A DNA stretch of 63,375 bases, counting the filler, from Piptocephalis cylindrospora (lineage: Eukaryota), in the NCBI GenBank assembly GCA_003614145.1. It is 2 parts of 2 records of this genome, joined end to end, with 100 filler letters (N's around TTAATTAATTAA, not from the genome) between each part and the next. Parts side by side here need not be neighbours in the genome. Positions count along the whole stretch, not along the records: positions 31,876 to 63,375 come from KZ987751.1; 1 more part is not named here. One strand, written 5' to 3'. The notes below the pieces were generated by a model, which searched no databases, was not told the origin of the DNA, and was given only the letters and a program-made list of their open reading frames with translations. The position numbers and the translations under genes were made by a program. Shown piece after piece: positions 60,436-63,375 of this stretch. Every line of letters begins with the position of its first letter. The stretch's first letter is position 1.

Positions 60436-62048
60436 GGTGGATAGATGAGTAATTTTCGGGTGAAGTGGGAATGAGGATGGGGATGAAAGGGTAATCGGGG
60501 AGGATGGAAGGAAAGAGACAGGGAAGGTGCGGTTGGAAGGATGGATATGGGTAAGAAGGGAAGTAGGGGAAAGAAAAATCCGTGGATGGATACGGGAAAT
60601 CAATCGCATTTTATAGACGAGGACGAAGACGTGGGGAAGAAGATACCGAGGATAGTCTCCAGCAACTGCCATGGCCATACCTGTGCTGTAATCTATTCCC
60701 CATGACGGCCTCAACAGGGAAGAGGATCGGCTCATCCTGAGGTCGTCCTCGCGTACGTAAGCCTGGTTATTCTCCAAGTCTCATAGCCTCGGGTCAACTT
60801 TAGCTTGAGAGTGGCGAGTCAGTGCAAGAGGGTCTGTGTGTGGGGAAGGGATGGTGTGAGTGAGATGACATCACTCTAGTTGTGGGTAGTTTCCTCCCTG
60901 CTATGGGTGCTTGACCTGTCTGAGTCGACCTTGTGGGGCAGAGGGGGGAGGAAAGACACTATGAATAAAGACTACCCATATGGACATGTCTTCCCTTACA
61001 TTGTCTTAAGACTACTGCCCTTCTGCCCTCCCAAGACAAGGAAAATACCGCCCCGCACGCGAGAGATGAAACCGCGGATTTCTTGGCAAGAATCGAAAAG
61101 GTGAAACTTCCCCATGTCTTCCTGTTTGATCGGATGGGATCGATTCGTGCTGATATCCCTAATTGGGAATGGTCCGCAGAATCGTGTAGAGTTCAGGATT
61201 ACAGATGTCTTGGTAGCTTAGATCGATCAATAAGGGCAACGACTGCCGGATTAGGAGCGTAAAAAGTTACGATTGACGCCGCGATACGTCTTGCATCTAC
61301 AACAGGAGGCGAGGCCCAAATAGCTTATGATTGACTCTAGAGAAAAGGGATTGTCATAGACTTGATAGCCTGGTATAGATCAGGATGGGTTAATGAGGAT
61401 AAATACCGAAAATGCACTTCGAAAAATAGTCTCCTTTCCCTAGTGTTCACAAGGCAGATTCAAGAGATTTTAGAAACTTCCTCATGGTTCCATTATTTCT
61501 TCAACGGATCTTCCGATCCTTCTCACCTTTCTGATTTCCTTCGTCTCTCCATCGTCCCCTGTGTTCAATGGCCATCCTCGTCTTCACTCTCATCGATAGC
61601 TGAATCAGCATCCGCGTAATTCACACTTTAAATCTAACCTGCGTAGTGTGTCGGATGCACTTGACAAGACCTCGTAGGCCAATCCGATAAATGCACCAAA
61701 TATGCATCTAATAACAATGAGGTCAGTATACATCAGCGGCTAATATCTCGTTTGCTGATGGGAAAGATATTCCTTTCATCTTCTAGTGAGAATCTATTAG
61801 ATGGTGAAACCTCATAATTATATAAGGTCTACGCAACCACGTGATTTGTATAGGTCGCATCTGCTGCAGTGTACTCATTCCTCATAGCCAGGGCCCCCTA
61901 TCCATACCAATCAGTCAGTAGTAGGATATGATCGCACTAAAGGTCACTCAGCTCGTCTAGGACAAGGTGTAATCTACTGGATCTTGTAACACCGCCCACC
62001 CTCAGCATGAAACCCTCGCATAGCTTGCCCTCTCCACCATCCCGTGCC

Positions 62049-62776
62049 TCATTTCCTCAACCTACTTTCCTTGAGAAGCTTGGACTTTGCGGCGGCAGCC
62101 TCAGCTTTGGCTACGCGATAGGGAAAATGAAAAATTGGGTCAGTTCCCAATGCTTACCCGCTCCCGCTTGAGATACTTCATCTTACCCTCGGCCTCAGCA
62201 GCCCTTTGCTTGGCGGCCTCCTCGCGCTGTTGACGAACGATGCGAAGTCGCTCAAGATCAGCCCTGGCCTGGTCGGTCTTGCCTTGCTTTTGAAGCTCGT
62301 AATACCTCTTTTGGGCGCGACGCTTCTCTTGCTCCTCCTTCTCACGTCGGCTCAGCTCCCTAGGGGCATCGACAAGCTCCGAGGCCTTGAGCCCAGCCTT
62401 CTTGGGGGCCCGGTTAGGGTTGACCACCTCAATCAGGCCGTTAGCTCCCTTCCTCTCATCTTCCTCAGATTCAGACTCATCCGAATCATCATCATCTTCG
62501 TCGGACTCGGCTTGATTCTTCTTGCCCCGGGAAGGCTTGGCAGTTCGGTCGTCGTTCGACTCCTCCTCGGACCCGCTACCCTCGTCACTATCTGAACCCT
62601 TCCGAACCTATGGAGGAGATGAGTATATTGTTTTTTTTCCCCCCAAAGGGTAAGATCACCCTTCAGTCCAGGTGACGTACATGCCACACCGACTCGTCGA
62701 GCTCCTCACCGACGCGAGGGCGAGCAGAAAAGTGCCTTCCGCCTCCACGCTGAGTCTTGTACTTTCCACGGGCCAT
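62049..62776 (-). CDS. PDAP1/PP28 (28-kDa heat- and acid-stable phosphoprotein) family, 3 exons
   Basis: MARGKYKTQRGGGRHFS, VNPNR and ELSRREKEEQEKRRAQKRYYELQKQGKTDQARADLERLRIVRQQREEAA. Confidence 0.88.
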
Positions 62777-63056
62777 GGTCAAACGAGGGTGAATGGGAGG
62801 GTTATATGGGAGAGGGAGGGGAGGGAAGGAGAAGGGAGAGGGAGGGGAAAGGAAAGGAAAGGAAGGAAAAGAAGAGAAAGGGAGAGAGAGAGCTGGGGAG
62901 AGGTAAGGATAATGGGACAAGGTGTCCTGTCTGTCTCTCCCCTTTTATCTCCACCACCCCTTACATCCTTCCGCCTATACTTCCCCATCATCACACGTCG
63001 CCATGATCAACTCTGAAGATTTGCCTCAAGATGCTCCTCACTTCACACACCACACA

Positions 63057-63078
63057 CATACATACATACATACATACA

Positions 63079-63108
<30 letters not shown>
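63057..63108. repeat. (CATA)13 microsatellite
   Basis: Direct reading of the sequence. Confidence 0.95.
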
Positions 63109-63109
<1 letters not shown>

Positions 63110-63229
63110 CCTTTTCTATAAGGCCATCAATCCACCGTTATCCCCTATAAGGAAAGGATGGCTGTCTATGTGTGCAGGGCACAGTAAGGCTGACAGGTGG
63201 ACAGCTCTTCACGCATTGATGCGACAAGC

Positions 63230-63230
<1 letters not shown>

Positions 63231-63262
<32 letters not shown>
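63231..63262. repeat. Poly(C)32 tract
   Basis: Direct reading of the sequence. Confidence 0.9.
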
Positions 63263-63375
63263 ACCCACCCCCACCCCAAACCCCACTCTTCCAAAACACC
63301 CACACAAAAAAAAAAACAAACGCGAGGAGAGAAAACAACAACTGTGGGCGCCAACACCCGGAAGAGTTTTCCTTT

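Noticed and set aside
60436..60777. N-terminal extension of the oxidoreductase ORF
   Set aside because: It has a non-ATG start and runs through the CT-rich leader. Family similarity begins at MSSSKTQ (60435).

Overview
Gene-dense eukaryotic (fungal) genomic DNA with short GT-AG introns (about 50-100 nt), microsatellites and CT-rich leaders upstream of start codons. The gene content suggests an early-diverging fungus, possibly Zoopagomycota such as Piptocephalis; this is inference only. A 100-bp artificial spacer (N44-TTAATTAATTAA-N44, 31776-31875) joins two contigs, so synteny across it should not be assumed. The left contig carries an MMS22/Mus7-like gene, a BCH-RhoGAP, an F-box/LRR protein, and a surface/secreted cluster of two membrane-tethered trypsin-like proteases (one frameshifted in a G6 run) around a type I membrane protein. 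It also carries the most unusual locus: two divergent PLP-aminotransferase paralogs sharing 181-bp and 97-bp perfectly identical inverted tracts (apparent gene conversion). These enclose an intronless signal-peptide protein kinase and a candidate small secreted Cys-containing ORF. The right contig is mostly housekeeping genes (LSC2, RFA3, JMJD7-like, Mpv17/PMP22, HAUS1-like, DM9 lectin-like, Dma1-like, NOP58, TSR2, MDR oxidoreductase, PDAP1-like) plus a long coiled-coil protein. No rRNA, tRNA, CRISPR array or intact transposon was recognised.
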